From: Paraphysomonas bandaiensis
Taxonomy: Eukaryota; Protista; Chrysophyceae
Length of the DNA stretch: 64,000 bases
Direction of reading: 5' to 3'
Assembly (NCBI GenBank): GCA_965644295.1
Contig: CBFFRP010000247.1
Span: 106,194 to 170,193 of the forward strand
The notes under the pieces were generated by a model. It was not told the origin of the DNA and searched no databases. It worked only from the letters and a program-made list of their open reading frames with translations. Numbering within the stretch: the stretch's first letter is position 1; the number at the start of each line of letters is the position of its first letter. A program made the translations under genes and the position numbers. This document shows positions 1 to 12,569 of the stretch, piece after piece.

Positions 1-1404
1 TTGCCGTTATTGTCGTAGTTTTCATTTATTAATCACAGACGAAGAAGACTATGGTACGAGTGTAATAGCTAATAATCCAGCTCCGGGCGTGATCAATCAA
101 ATTCCGCCTGCTGAACAACTGCTTGGCACGAAGCCATACCAACTGTCGTGCCAATCTGTTCCACAAGCAAGCCTACTTCCGAGAACCCGTGATGTTAATT
201 CAAAATTCAGTGGCTCCAGTGCATATCGAACGTTGTTGAGGAGAGCTATGAACGACATAGATACTGATATGAAGGATAAATTTAGCTTTCCGGATGGTGT
301 GTGCAAATGTAGCATCAGTTTGCACTATTACACTGCGTCTGTGTTATTAGCATGTATTGACTGTACGCTAACTGGGGACTTTTGTATCATTGTAGTAGCA
401 CGATAGCCGTAATTGATGTATATATATATATAGGAAATAGTTTCACACAAGACATGGAGTCCAAAATCACTCCACATCCTAATTTCAACCTCGTTGTATT
501 GGATGTTCACGTTGAGCTCCCTCCAATGGATTATATTCCTCCGCAGAAACTGGCCGAAGAGAAGAAGAAGCGCCACAGTTCGAAGTTAGGATCATCAGAT
601 CGTCGCAAAAGTTCAAAGTCTCAACAAGAAACGCCGCCTGAACAAAAGCCTTTTCACTTTGTTGCTGAGATTCAACAGGTGGTGATTACCTTTTAATTGT
701 TTGGTAGTGAGCTGAATATATGTTGTGGTTATTTGACAACATGCTTTGTGTATGTACTATGTACGAATTTGATTTTGCTGTGTTTTTAGAGGAAGTCGTT
801 GTGTTGTATTTAGATGATAGTATGCGGTTGTAGGTTGTTGGTGTGTATCCCAGCAATGGCGAACGACCTCCTGCAGCAATCGACCTCGGAATGTTTGCAT
901 GGTCGAATATTACGGGAATGGCCAGCAAATCTGCGGCAATTCGTGATTCCCTTGCAAAGTTAGTCTTTGCACAGTCTACAGATGAAAATGATTCAGGCGA
1001 CGAAAAGGCAGATACAGTTAAAAGCAAGCCGGTCACCAGTGAAGATGCTATGACTGCAATGATTTTAGGGAAAAATGAGGAAGAAGAGACAGTACATTGG
1101 TCGGCAGTATCTCATGAAGCCGGTATGCTGTGCTTTATTGCAATTGATATATCTGTATGAATTGTCTTTCTACTATTGCGTGCGATATTGAGGTGCTAGT
1201 GCAAATGTGTCGTGCTTATTTTAGGCGCTTGGATATTTTTTGACTGGTGGTATGTTTGATCTTGTAGGAATATATAAGGCAACGTTTCCAGCCCCAATGA
1301 AAAATGAATTTCAGTTGCGAGTACTCGGTAAAGCACCATCTAGGGACTTCGTTGACCGAGAGGTCCCAAGGAAAGTGAGAGCGTGGTTAGGATTGAAGTA
1401 TTGA
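1..1404 (+). CDS. 3' part of a multi-exon gene of unknown function (5' end outside window)
   Basis: Consecutive + strand ORF pieces (89-406, 382-696, 843-1160) separated by GT..AG-type segments. The last exon, after ttttag at 1224, reads ALGYFLTGGMFDLVGIYKATFPAPMKNEFQLRVLGKAPSRDFVDREVPRKVRAWLGLKY* with TGA at 1402-1404. No family recognised. Confidence 0.55.
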
Positions 1405-2264
1405 CGCTGTATATTCCAGATTAGTTAGGATTTGAAAATATTTTACATGTTTTTTGCTACCTTTTCACGGCCGACCGAATTGCGTAATACTTTTAATTAC
1501 CAATCGAAGGAAGTTTCTGCATCTATTCATACAGCGCGTGGATAGTTAAAAGGTTTTATTTTATTTTGGTAATACAATTTTATTATTCTATACACTACTT
1601 GTGAGAGCATGTCGTATGAATGTAAAAAGTATTGATTGAATTGTTCAATAAATATTACTGCAGCGAGACACAATCCATCAAGGAACACCGCCGTGTTTCT
1701 TAGTAATTTTCGTAAATCCTAGCGTGTACGTATCAACTGAGATGCTGTATACATAGAAAGAGAACGGTGTATGACTTGTATGCAATTTACACATGGAGCA
1801 TGGAGAGCATGATACCGTGTGATACGTGTTGCATGTAGCTGAAGTATAAATTTTATATCTGACAGTTGGATAGCTGGATAGGAGCTCCTCATAAACGTAG
1901 ACAGCGTTATAGCAAGAGTAATATAGCCTAAACAATCATTGGTAGTTATTGGTGTATACAGTGTTGAAAAGTGTAGTATAGCTAGCTAGGTGTGGGTCGA
2001 GAGTGGAGTTGTAGTAGAAGCAATGCCGACAAAAGCTAGGATACGTGACGTGTCCACTGAATATAGTCGTATGTAGTCTGTGTATTCAGTGCAGATATCT
2101 TAATAAAATGTGCATAGTCTGAAAAATAATTTAACACATGGCCACATTCGAAGTGACATTTCGTTGGAGAAGTGGGAATCATGGGGTACTTTATAAAGAT
2201 ATTGTATTTCTTAAGCATCACTATTTTCTATTTCATAACATTAACAGAGCCAAAAAGTATCTCA

Positions 2265-2806
2265 TCATATAACGTATTTATAAGCAACTAAACTATCGGA
2301 CGATCTGAAAGTTTCCTGTGGTATCCATCCCTTTACCTGAAACTAATAATAGAAATCATTATACACATAATGTCACTTAAATAAACAAACTTACTCCTAT
2401 TGATACCACAACAGTTCCTGGACAACACTCTGATATAAGCTTATCTTTCATCTTGATGTGTCCCACTCTTGACAGATACACGATCACGACTGTGAAATAT
2501 CGTAAATTACATACAGAAAAGTCCGCCAATATAAGATGAAGATATGTCTGTATATTCCCCTATATGGCTGTTAGTATAGAGGGGCTTAGAGGACAAGAGG
2601 GACCTGTTTAATGCGGTGTGTAGCGGTAGATATCCTCTCAGTGTCCATATCCACACCCCAGCAGTGACATGAGAACCTATCGGCTATATGATACAACCAT
2701 CGACCATCTCCACATCCAAGATCAATTACTGTATCAGATGTAGAGAGATGAAGACTATCAAGGACACTGTATGGTATATATATGTATATGTGAGTTGATG
2801 TGTTGC

Positions 2807-2838
<32 letters not shown>

Positions 2839-3145
2839 TGTATGTATGTATGTACGTATGTGTGTATGTATGTATGTATGTATGTATGTATGTATGTATG
2901 TATGTATGTATGTATGTATGTATGTATGTATGTATGTATGTATGTATGTATGTATGTATGTATGTATGTATGTATGTATGTATGTATATGCATGTGTATG
3001 CATGTGTATGCATGTGTATGTATACTTACAGGGATATTAAGTCACTTGGAGTGGGAGAGATGGGAGCCACACGACCACACTCCCATTTATTCCTCTCATC
3101 TTCGGCGTACTTTAGAAGACTTTGTAGAAATATTGACTTCTTCAT
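2265..3145 (-). CDS. Class I SAM-dependent methyltransferase, multi-exon
   Basis: Spliced reading MKKSIFLQ...GRVAPISPTPSDLISL/VLDSLHLSTSDTVIDLGCGDGRWL...CWGVDMD contains motif I DLGCGDG and the preceding APxxPTP motif. Last exon VKGWIPQETFRSSDSLVAYKYVI*. Intron 1 is filled with (CATA)n. Start codon uncertain. Confidence 0.75.
2808..2986. repeat. (TATG)n microsatellite within methyltransferase intron
   Basis: Near-perfect TATG tetranucleotide run seen directly. Confidence 0.95.
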
Positions 3146-3188
3146 ACCTATCGAAGTGATATATATGAGTGAGATACGAGCATGTGTG

Positions 3189-3612
3189 TATGTATGTATG
3201 TATGTATGTATGTATGTATGTATGTATGTATGTATGTATGTATGTATGTATGTATGTATGTATGTATGTATGTATGTATGTATGTATGTATGTATGTATG
3301 TATGTATGTATGTATGTATGTATGTATGTATGTATGTATGTATGTATGTATGTATGTATGTATGTATGTATGTATGTATGTATGTATGTATGTATGTATG
3401 TATGTATGTATGTATGTATGTATGTATGTATGTATGTATGTATGTATGTATGTATGTATGTATGTATGTATGTATGTACGTATGTATGTATGTATGTATG
3501 TATGTATGTATGTATGTATGTATGTATGTATGTATGTATGTATGTATGTATGTATGTATGTATGTATGTATGTATGTATGTATGTATGTATGTATGTATG
3601 TATGTATGTATG
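3189..3612. repeat. (TATG)n microsatellite, ~420 bp, between divergent methyltransferase and COPG genes
   Basis: Near-perfect TATG run with one TACG variant near 3478. Confidence 0.97.
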
Positions 3613-3793
3613 CAGGTAGGTATGCGGAGCAGTACTGTGGTGTGTGTGTGTATGTATGTACAGTATGTGGGGGGGTGTAGTGTGTGTTGTAATTATGTGT
3701 TTGTGTATGGTGTTAGTTCATATCATAACACTCCATTGTATGGCCTTCACCAATAAAGGCTCAAGACATTCCCACTCCACCCCTATATCCCAC

Positions 3794-6701
3794 ATGATTG
3801 ACGACGGGGACAGCATGCAGAAGCCCCTAGCGGCAACTCTCATTCAAGAGTTTCAGAACTTGAAAGATAAGTTTAAAGAGGACGATGAGTATGATCGAGG
3901 TGCACTATATATCCCCCATATTACCTTATTATAACACCTTTATATCCTTTAGATGCCCCTTATATGCATCTTGAGAAAGCTACTGTACTTCAAGAGTGTC
4001 GAGTGTTTCATGATGCCTCTGTTGTTACACAGAACCCACGCAGATGTTGTCTCCTCATCACTAAACTGTTGTTTCTTCTCGTAAAAGGAGATACTTTCTC
4101 ATCGTCTGAAATTACTGAGGTGTTTTTTGGGGTCACGAAGCTTTTTCAATCTTCTGATGTAAATCTTCGTCGCATGATGTATCTGTTCATCAAAGAAGTC
4201 GCGCAGACATGCAATCCGGATGACGTTATAATTGTCACCAGCTCTCTGACTAAAGATATGAACACAGGCGAAGACCTATACCGCGCTAATTCTATGAGAG
4301 TATTGGCTAAGATCATTGACGCTGCAATGTTGGGCGCGATAGAGCGATACCTTAAGCAGGCTATAGTTGACAGAAACGCTTTTGTTGCGTCATCCGCGTT
4401 GATGGCTGGGCTACAGCTCTTCCGCACCTGTCCGGATGTGGTTCGGCGCTGGATAAATGAAGTTCAAGAGGCAGTCACCTCTGTGAATGACATGGTACAG
4501 TACCATGCCCTTTCTCTGCTGTACAATATCAAGCAGCACGACCGCCTGGCTGTGTCCAAGACGGTGCAACAGCTTTCCAAGGGATCTCTTCGCTCACCCT
4601 TGGCGACGTGTTTGCTGATTCGATACACCAGTGGTCTTCTTCGAGAAGATATGAGTTCCACGAATGCGCGTAGTTCTTACCAGTTCCTCGAGAACTGTTT
4701 GAGACACAAAAGCGACATGGTCATTTACGAAGCTGCCAAAGCGATATGTAATCTACCTGGTGTAGAGGCCTCTGACCTGAACCCAGCTATTACAGTGCTG
4801 CAACTTTTTCTTTCATCTTCTAAGTCCTCTCTACGATTTGCGGCCATACGCACCCTTAGTGAGGTGGCGACTCGTCACCCGTCTAGTTTGGCGAAGTGTA
4901 ATGATGATATGGAGGGCCTGGTGGGCGACTCCAACCGGTCTATCGCCACGCTGGCCATTACCACTCTTCTCAAGACAGGCAGCGAGTCTAGCATTGAGCG
5001 ATTGATGAAACAAATTTCCTCATTCATGACAGAAATTGGGGATGAATTCAAAGTGGTTGTTGTGCAGGCTGTGCGTGAACTGTGTATCAAGTACCCAGCG
5101 AAAAACAGAGTTCTTGTGGGATTCCTTGCTACTTTCCTAAGAGAGGAGGGAGGCTTTGATTTCAAGAAGAGTATCGTGGACAGTATCCTGGACTTGATGC
5201 AGTCTATTCCAGAGACAAAGGAAACTTCGCTTCTTCATTTATGTGAATTCATTGAGGATTGTGAATTCGGTGAACTGATAGTTCAAGTCATGCATGTTCT
5301 CGGCCGAGTAGGCCCGACTACCAATGCACCATCCCGCTATATCCGATTTATTTTCAACCGCGTGATATTGGAGAATGCCGCTGTGCGTGCAGCAGCAGTG
5401 AGCACTCTCGGTTCGTTTGCTACTCGCCTTCCTGAGTTACGTCCCTCCATCATCATTCTCTTGAAGCGATCGCTCAGTGATGACGATGATGAGGTGCGTG
5501 ATCGTGCCGCGGTTCTGCTCAAGACATTCGAAGGCCGCGAAGGTGGTGATGATTCGGAGGAGAAAACAGCTAAGGAAAGCAACGCACTGCATTTTCTGTT
5601 GGAAGAGCCTTTACCTATGTCTTTCGCTGCTCTTGATCGTTCCGTTAGAGCATACATGTCCCACCCCTCTGCTGCCACAGATTCTCGACCAGTTTCCCTT
5701 TCGTTGCTGCCCATTATAGAGGACCCTTATTCTCAGACTTCTACTACCAAGGCTAGCACCTCAGGTAGGTCTATTGGTAGTGCAGTGGCAGCCAACAAGT
5801 CTGGTGGTGCAACGCAAGGGGAGACTGAAGTTAGTGCTGATCCTGCGAGTGCCCTTTACAAAATCCCTGAGCTGGCTCATCTCGGCAGAGCCTTCCGTTC
5901 CACTAAAGAGACAGCTCTTACTGAGTCTGAGATGGAGTATGTTGTCTCCTGTGTGAAACACATATTCGATACGCATGTTGTACTGCAGTTTAACGTTGTA
6001 AACACCATTGATGACCAGCGCCTTCTTGACGTTGGAGTGGCTGTGGACCTTTCTGATGAAGAGTCCTATAGTTTGGAGAGTGAGGTGCGTGCTCCTGTGG
6101 CGAAGTATGGGGATACTGCCCATTGTTACGTGTGTATTGCCCGAGCGGAGGACACAGACCCTGGGGCGTCTTGTACCGTTTCGTGCGAGCTTCGTTTCCG
6201 TGTTGTGCAGGTTGATCCGACAACAGGCGAGGTGGAGGGAGATGAAGATGGCTACGAAGAGGAGTATGCCCTTGAGGCGGTTGATATCAACACCAATGAC
6301 TTTATGGCCAAGGTTTCCTTTCCAGACTTCCGTCGATCATGGTATTACATCAGTCTATTTTTATGTGTTTTTTCGTAATCAGTTCTTGTAGGGAGCAGAT
6401 CGGTAATGATGGTGAAGTACTAGAGAAGTTTGCTCTTCAGATCAAAAAGCTCCCGGAAGCGGTGGTGGCAGTTGTGGACTTTCTGGGCATGCAGCCCTGT
6501 GATGGTACCGGATCTGTGTCCGACTCGTCTTTGAAGAGCAAGTCTCATACGCTGCATCTCACTGGCATGTTTTTGGGTAATGTCTCTGTACTGGTTCGTG
6601 CTCAACTGCAGCTCGATGACACTGCAGGTGTCGTACTCAAGATGGCAGTTAGGTCGGATAAAAAGGAAGTGAGTCAAATGGTGGCAGAATGCATTCGTTA
6701 A
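3794..6701 (+). CDS. COPG: Coatomer subunit gamma (3 exons: 3794-3899, 3953-6341, 6392-6701)
   Basis: LEKATVLQECRVFH, FFGVTKLFQS, LRRMMYLFIKE, IIVTSSLTKDM, DSNRSIATLAITTLLKTG, LCEFIEDCE, YIRFIFNRVILEN, LTESEMEYVV and FLGMQPCDGT are characteristic of gamma-COP. GT-AG introns restore the frame. Confidence 0.97.
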
Positions 6702-7375
6702 GCTTTGAGAGTGTACGTTGTGAAGGAAGCTTCGCTGTAGGGATGGGTTGTGTACATTAGAATGAATAAGCCAGTTTGATCGTAATTATAAAGTAGTACA
6801 TCCTGAAAAAGTCTGATAGTTCTAATATACATAGCCGTCTACAACATGATATGCTTCACTAGTTCGTAGTCTACCTGCTTGTAGTACTAATACATGTTCG
6901 TGTGAAAGAAAACAAACTGATTTTATGTCCGTAAATATCAATATTCTACATATAAGCAACGCGCTGGTCTAAATACGAAATCTGAATGGTAATGAAAATA
7001 GAAATGATAATGTAGCTTTATTCAAGTTCGTGGGATTCGATTACCGTGGTATTATTTTAATGCCTAGTATATGTCTGTTAGCAATACAATCACACTTCAA
7101 AAGTTGACGGCAGCTAAATTTTATATACTGTGATTTTAGATGCGCTTAAATAGGTCGGCATCACTAATGTGCTAATGTGATACTGATACTGCTAATCGCG
7201 ACGAGTAAGCTGAAGTGTTTTAGAGCTGCCACGTAATAAAGAGCTTATCACAAACATGACGCTAATTGAGTGAATACAGATACTGATATTAAGTTATCAC
7301 GACTTGCAGTGAACAGTGCACTCATTCATAATTGCAATTGGTATCAAAAACAAACAAATCAAATACTGTAACACA

Positions 7376-7651
7376 TTAAATTTCATCATCACTAGTGGGT
7401 ATCTTTGAATTCTTTTTATATTTCTTACATAACGGTACAGTGCCATCATCTCTGCGTGTGACAACGACGACATGAAACATTTCATCATTGATTGGAGGGG
7501 GGCTTAAGTCCACACCCATGCAATGGCCCAGCTTGATAAGCAAGCCGTTCGTATACATGTATCGTAAGCCGATAACGATGAGTGTTAAGATGAGGAATAT
7601 ACCGAATCCAAGTGCGGTATATTCCTCTTGTTTGACAGTTGGTTGAGTCAT
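7376..7651 (-). CDS. Small single-pass membrane protein, unknown function
   Basis: 91 aa ORF with one hydrophobic helix (ALGFGIFLILTLIVIGL) and a basic C-terminal tail. A (CATA)n tract lies upstream, as for other genes in this window. Confidence 0.4.
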   Translation of the reverse strand: MTQPTVKQEEYTALGFGIFLILTLIVIGLRYMYTNGLLIKLGHCMGVDLSPPPINDEMFHVVVVTRRDDGTVPLCKKYKKNSKIPTSDDEI

Positions 7652-7869
7652 GTGATGGATAGACAGTTATGTGATGTGATTGACCCTCACTGTGATGCTA
7701 TGAGTGGAGGGGAGAGATAAGATAACACCTGCACGATACAGCAGATGGAGTTGTGAGTTATATTAACTGTCTCTGTCTGTCTCTGTCTATGTATGTATGT
7801 ATGTCCCTCAGCTCTCAGCTCTCAGCATATGATTTCAATTAAACACATGCGAGTCTAAAAACTAGGAAA

Positions 7870-7980
7870 TGTATATAAAAATACACAGATATATATATAA
7901 AATACAGATATATATATCTATAAAACATAGAAATATATATAAAATACACAGAAATAAGTATATGGACATATAAAATATAG
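7870..7980. repeat. AT-rich degenerate ~20 bp tandem repeat (TATATAAAATACACAGA-like)
   Basis: Four to five imperfect copies visible. Confidence 0.6.
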
Positions 7981-8383
7981 GCTTTTTTCATTGAGATTTC
8001 TGTATGAGGCTCTCTGTATACTCCTACTGTATATGTCTACTACACTCCAACCTATCCAATGAATGGGCTTCTAATGGATAAGCTACTATATGATTGGCTA
8101 TTAGGACTGTTACTGGTCGTGAGTATTGGAATATGTATGTACATAGGCTTAGAACTGATACATGCAGGACTGATATAAGATTTATCTGTAAACCCCCATG
8201 ACTCTATTGCTTGACTAGGCAATCATCGGGATGCATATCCGCATTGTCTGTCCGAAGATATACGTGTATATACGTTCATATAATCGGCCATTGCTTTTCA
8301 CTGCACGGCTACACGCTTACTGTGTTATACAACAGTAAATACACTCTGCCCCATTCCAAGGGCGTGGCCATAGTGTAGATATA

Positions 8384-8722
8384 GCACTGATTCCACCACC
8401 CGCCTACTTGTGTACCAACGTAGCTGACCGCATAGGTCACGCGCAGATTTTGTTGCCGCCCCACCTGTGTTCACGTTTGCTATGATTACGCGGGATTTCT
8501 CATTGCTATGTATGACTTTTATATATGTAATTCGCGCAGATTCTAGTAGGACCATGTGTATCTTCCCATTATTACCTAACAAAGATTACGCGGAGCTTAT
8601 CGTGACCATGCATGACTCAGTATAGGTCTAGTGTGAGAATGAGCGGGGTTTCTCGTAGTCTCATACAGGATATGCAAGTATAGTGTAGATCTAGCTAGAG
8701 CTTTCTTGGTGCCGACACACAA
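8384..8722 (+). repeat. Dispersed ~340 bp repeat, copy 1 (copy 2 at 38338-38681)
   Basis: Colinear shared blocks, e.g. gtgtaccaacgtagctgaccgc, ttctagtaggaccatg, attacctaacaaagattacgcggag, cgtgaccatgcatgactcag, gaatgagcggggtttctcg. Confidence 0.85.
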
Positions 8723-8904
8723 AGAATACGCTGAGATTTTTATTTATAATCTATACGTTACTTAGCTTAGTCAACACTAGCACTTCACTAAGGTACGCTC
8801 TCGGAATGGGGCACCCCCCGCTAGTCTATTCCAGAATACAGTTCATAAGTTGAAAGCATAAACTTCTTTTTTAATCACGATGTAACAGCGTGTAAATTAA
8901 AAAT

Positions 8905-8966
8905 CTATTAATGAAAAATGTCCCAGCAATTATAGTGGCGTTACCATTAACGGTTACCAGGCCCTG
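8905..8966 (+). mobile_element. Isolated right end (TIR plus subterminal sequence) of the hAT family found at 38725-43797
   Basis: attaatgaaaaatgtccc..caattata and ccattaacggttaccaggccctg match 43749-43797. Confidence 0.8.
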
Positions 8967-9354
8967 GAAGATATAACTAAAAGAAATATTATTTCAGTAT
9001 AAGTGTTGTATGACTTCCAAACTTGGTATATAGTATATCAATTGGGAAAGTGTTACGAGGGACGAGTGGACCATGTAGAATAGTAGGAAAGAGTTTAATT
9101 CAAATAAATGTTCATTTACATCTACAATAGCGCTCATTTTTTTACTTCTTAAGAGTATCATGCTGTGATACTCTTAAGAAGTACATTGTTATCGGAAACA
9201 GTATGGAAAAGTATAATGTACGCACTTCAGCTCACTTCAGCTTTCCACATGAATGTTACGTCATAATAACATTACTTAGCATGAAACACCAAAATGTAGT
9301 TTACTCCCAAGAAAATAATCTTACTAATTGCTCTTTAAAAATGCTAAATCAAAA

Positions 9355-10437
9355 CTACAAATCGAGTTTCTTCAAATTGACGCTCCTTTCCAGCCACTTG
9401 ATGCCGTGATTACGAACCCTTTCGAAAAAAGACTCATATATCGGCATAATGCATCTTTTGGGCAAGTTACATAGTAACCCATTTCCAACAACGAACACAA
9501 TTTTGATTAAAATCACCACAACATTGTACATTAATGTCAGGACGAGAATAATAAACGGAGAAAATACCACATTAAAGCAGAAGAACGTGATAAGGTTTTC
9601 ATTCTCGTTATCATCATCTTCGTAACCATTGTCATCCCCCTCCTCGTCGTCATAATAAGTAAGGAGGTAATTCGCCACCAAGAACGTGCATTGCACAAGC
9701 CAAGCAGCATAAAGACCGTGTGTATATGATGTCCGAGGTATTGCTGCATGGCGGTATTTCTTACTCCATACACTCTTATATAACATAATTTTAATGTCAG
9801 CACGATGTTGCTCAAGATATCCACAGAGAAAATCCGGAATATTCTCAACCTCATGTACTTTTCCTTCTTCAGCAACGGATAATACCACATGAGCTTGATG
9901 CGTCAGTGATGCCTTCAAAAACACATTACTGTCTGATATATTCTCCTCTCGAAACGTCAGTGCACATCTCCAAACAATATTAATGGGCATTCTAACAAAG
10001 AAAAACAAAAGAATGTCAAGAAATATGTGGATAACTCCGATGACAGCACCAACAGCAGTTACAGTAACCCACGCCTGTCTGCTCACATTCGAATTCATAT
10101 ACAGCGCAAAGAAGACAATATCCAGTATCACCAGCACGCCAAAGAAACCACTGTACGTATAGTATCGGGAGGCTTGCGACCAGGCATCTAGAAACCATAC
10201 ATGATAAGGAGTGAGATAGACACTGAGTAGTTGTGGGCCCAGTGTGGTGGCGTAGATGCAGTGGTAGAGGTAGCGGGTGTGCCAGGCGTATGTAGAGTAT
10301 AGAGTTACATCTACACTAGTGTCAGTAACTCTTATACTGCTACTCACACCACCTTCGGCTTGTACTAGTGATGATGTATCCATATTTTCTATATGGAATG
10401 CATTAATAGAGCAGAGGACTGACAATGCAAGCACCAC
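9355..10437 (-). CDS. Multi-pass membrane protein of unknown function
   Basis: 360 aa intronless ORF with a hydrophobic N-terminus, about 4-5 TM-like segments and an acidic loop (DDEEGDDNGYEDDDNENE). True start uncertain. Confidence 0.55.
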   Translation of the reverse strand: MVLALSVLCSINAFHIENMDTSSLVQAEGGVSSSIRVTDTSVDVTLYSTYAWHTRYLYHCIYATTLGPQLLSVYLTPYHVWFLDAWSQASRYYTYSGFFGVLVILDIVFFALYMNSNVSRQAWVTVTAVGAVIGVIHIFLDILLFFFVRMPINIVWRCALTFREENISDSNVFLKASLTHQAHVVLSVAEEGKVHEVENIPDFLCGYLEQHRADIKIMLYKSVWSKKYRHAAIPRTSYTHGLYAAWLVQCTFLVANYLLTYYDDEEGDDNGYEDDDNENENLITFFCFNVVFSPFIILVLTLMYNVVVILIKIVFVVGNGLLCNLPKRCIMPIYESFFERVRNHGIKWLERSVNLKKLDL

Positions 10438-12569
10438 AACAGCACGACAGTAACCGTATCTTTATATCCATCTACAGTACATATAAATATATGGTAATTT
10501 TGCTGAAACTTTCCTTTTTTCTTAGAAAAGTGCAGTTTTCAGGCAATAAAAAGGGTGAAAAAGTTAATATTTGGATGAGAAATTGCTGTACGGTATCTAC
10601 GAATGTGATGCAGGAGTTGTACGATATTTCCAGGATACGTCCCTCCATTGTGCGTACTTTTGTATATTGTACTTCACTACATACTACTTGTATACAAGAG
10701 TACAGGACGTATGGTACGTGGTGGTGATTTCTCAACTGCCAGGACGATTCAAGTCTAGCGTAGACTTAGCTGAAGCTTGCATGTCACCACACAACACAAA
10801 GAATATACATTGCTAACAATCTATGCATTGCTTACAGGGTATATCGAGAGAGTGTGTGTCTGCTAGCAGACTGTAGCACATATGTTGCTCTCCATGATCA
10901 ATGGGTTGACTGTGTATATCCGTATATATGCATGAGAATGACTGTGGATCAATAATTTCACCTTCATTGTGTTCTACATATAAGCATCTTGCAATATGGA
11001 TTCGGATTTATGGAGAAGAACATGCACCAAAAGGTGCAGTACGTCATTCGTGACCATGTTGATACCGAGACTACTTTAAGGTTGTTATCCGACTATTGTT
11101 TTCTTTGGCATATTATTCATGGAAGTTGCTGCATTGATCTATTGGAATCTACTGCTAGCAACTGATTTATGGCTTTACTCCTAATATACGAATAATTTAC
11201 ATGAAGCCTGAGTGAGTGGGCTTGTGGGTGTATGAGTTATATGCAAAACGGCCCAGCCAACACTCATACATGCTGGACCTGGAGTTGCAGTATGCGATAG
11301 CTGATCGTGGAGTCTATTCCTGTCAGCGCTGTAGTAGAACACTGGGGCAAATTATCCACCCCTTTAATTCTACACGAACGAGTAGCACTGTTCTTGTATC
11401 GCCTCGTATTTTTTGATGGAGCTGCAAGAGAGGGACCTGAGGAAGACAGTAAAATATATCGGGGCTATGAATCCACAGCGCTTCCAGCGCTCACTCGTAA
11501 AGTTCGTAGAGATGTCAATGTGCGAGGACAGTGGAATCAGCAGCGTAAAAAAGTCATAGTTCATTCCTTTACCAAGGAAGGAAAGGAAAGAAGTATACCA
11601 CCTTATCCAATGCTTATCATAGATCAACTACGGAGTCTACCGCCAAATCAGTGTATGGTAAGATGTTTGCAGCATGTAATGTATTTAATTCCCAGATTTA
11701 AAATAGGATATGGCTTGATCGGCATGTTAGTGGAAGGCATCTGGGCGAAAATGGAAAGCTCGGCTGTGTATTCAAAAATACATTCAATGCGTATTCTAAT
11801 ATAAGTTCCATAGGTACAAATAGTATTGATTATTGTAGTTTCGGTATTGCGTTAGGTACTGATTTGTTCAAACATGCTGATACTCTATCTGATGAGTCTT
11901 GACGTAGAGGGATACCATGATTGGTTTACTCAGTTTTGTAATAATTGCATGTTATATCTTAAGTAACTTAGGGTTAGAGACTATGGTTTAATGTGCTTGT
12001 AGGGCTAGTGCTATGTAACAATGGCCCAAGATTGATATAACCTCATTCCCAGTTATAGTGCACTAACTAGATCTAAAGATTACTGAGTACTTGCATGGTC
12101 CATACATCATACACAATTATGAGAAATCCGACGCATATACTGGAGGGTGAAGGGGGTTAATCCAGTGCCTTTATAGTAGGCCTACCCAATACATAAATGG
12201 GCCATGTGTTTGCTACGCCACATTCGGTCACTTTCAAACCCTTTTTGATTGTATGTCAGCCGAAATAGAAGATTGCGTGGAAAAGTAGGCGAGTGCGCAT
12301 AATGTATAATTCGCGCAAAATTTCATCAATATATGTGTTGCTTGCCAAATGTCTCGGTGAGTCTACCCTGTGCTTCAGTTACTCGTAGCAATATAGTACA
12401 TTCTGGTGGTTGATATAGGTGCTTAATTACATTTTTCTTTCATATTGTGAATTATTAGATACCCCTTTGAGATAGCACAGCTAATTACCAGCCATAGGTT
12501 ACTCATCGCAACAACTGTGTTGAAAACTATAACAGTCAACCAGTGAGTGTTGTTCAATCTGTGAACTGA

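Noticed and set aside
2586-3756. Long MYVC/HTYI-repeat ORFs
   Set aside because: Translations of the (TATG)n microsatellite; only the DLGCGDG exon is real coding sequence.
4146-6677. Antisense and alternative-frame ORFs over COPG
   Set aside because: Shadow ORFs of a long conserved gene with no independent motifs.
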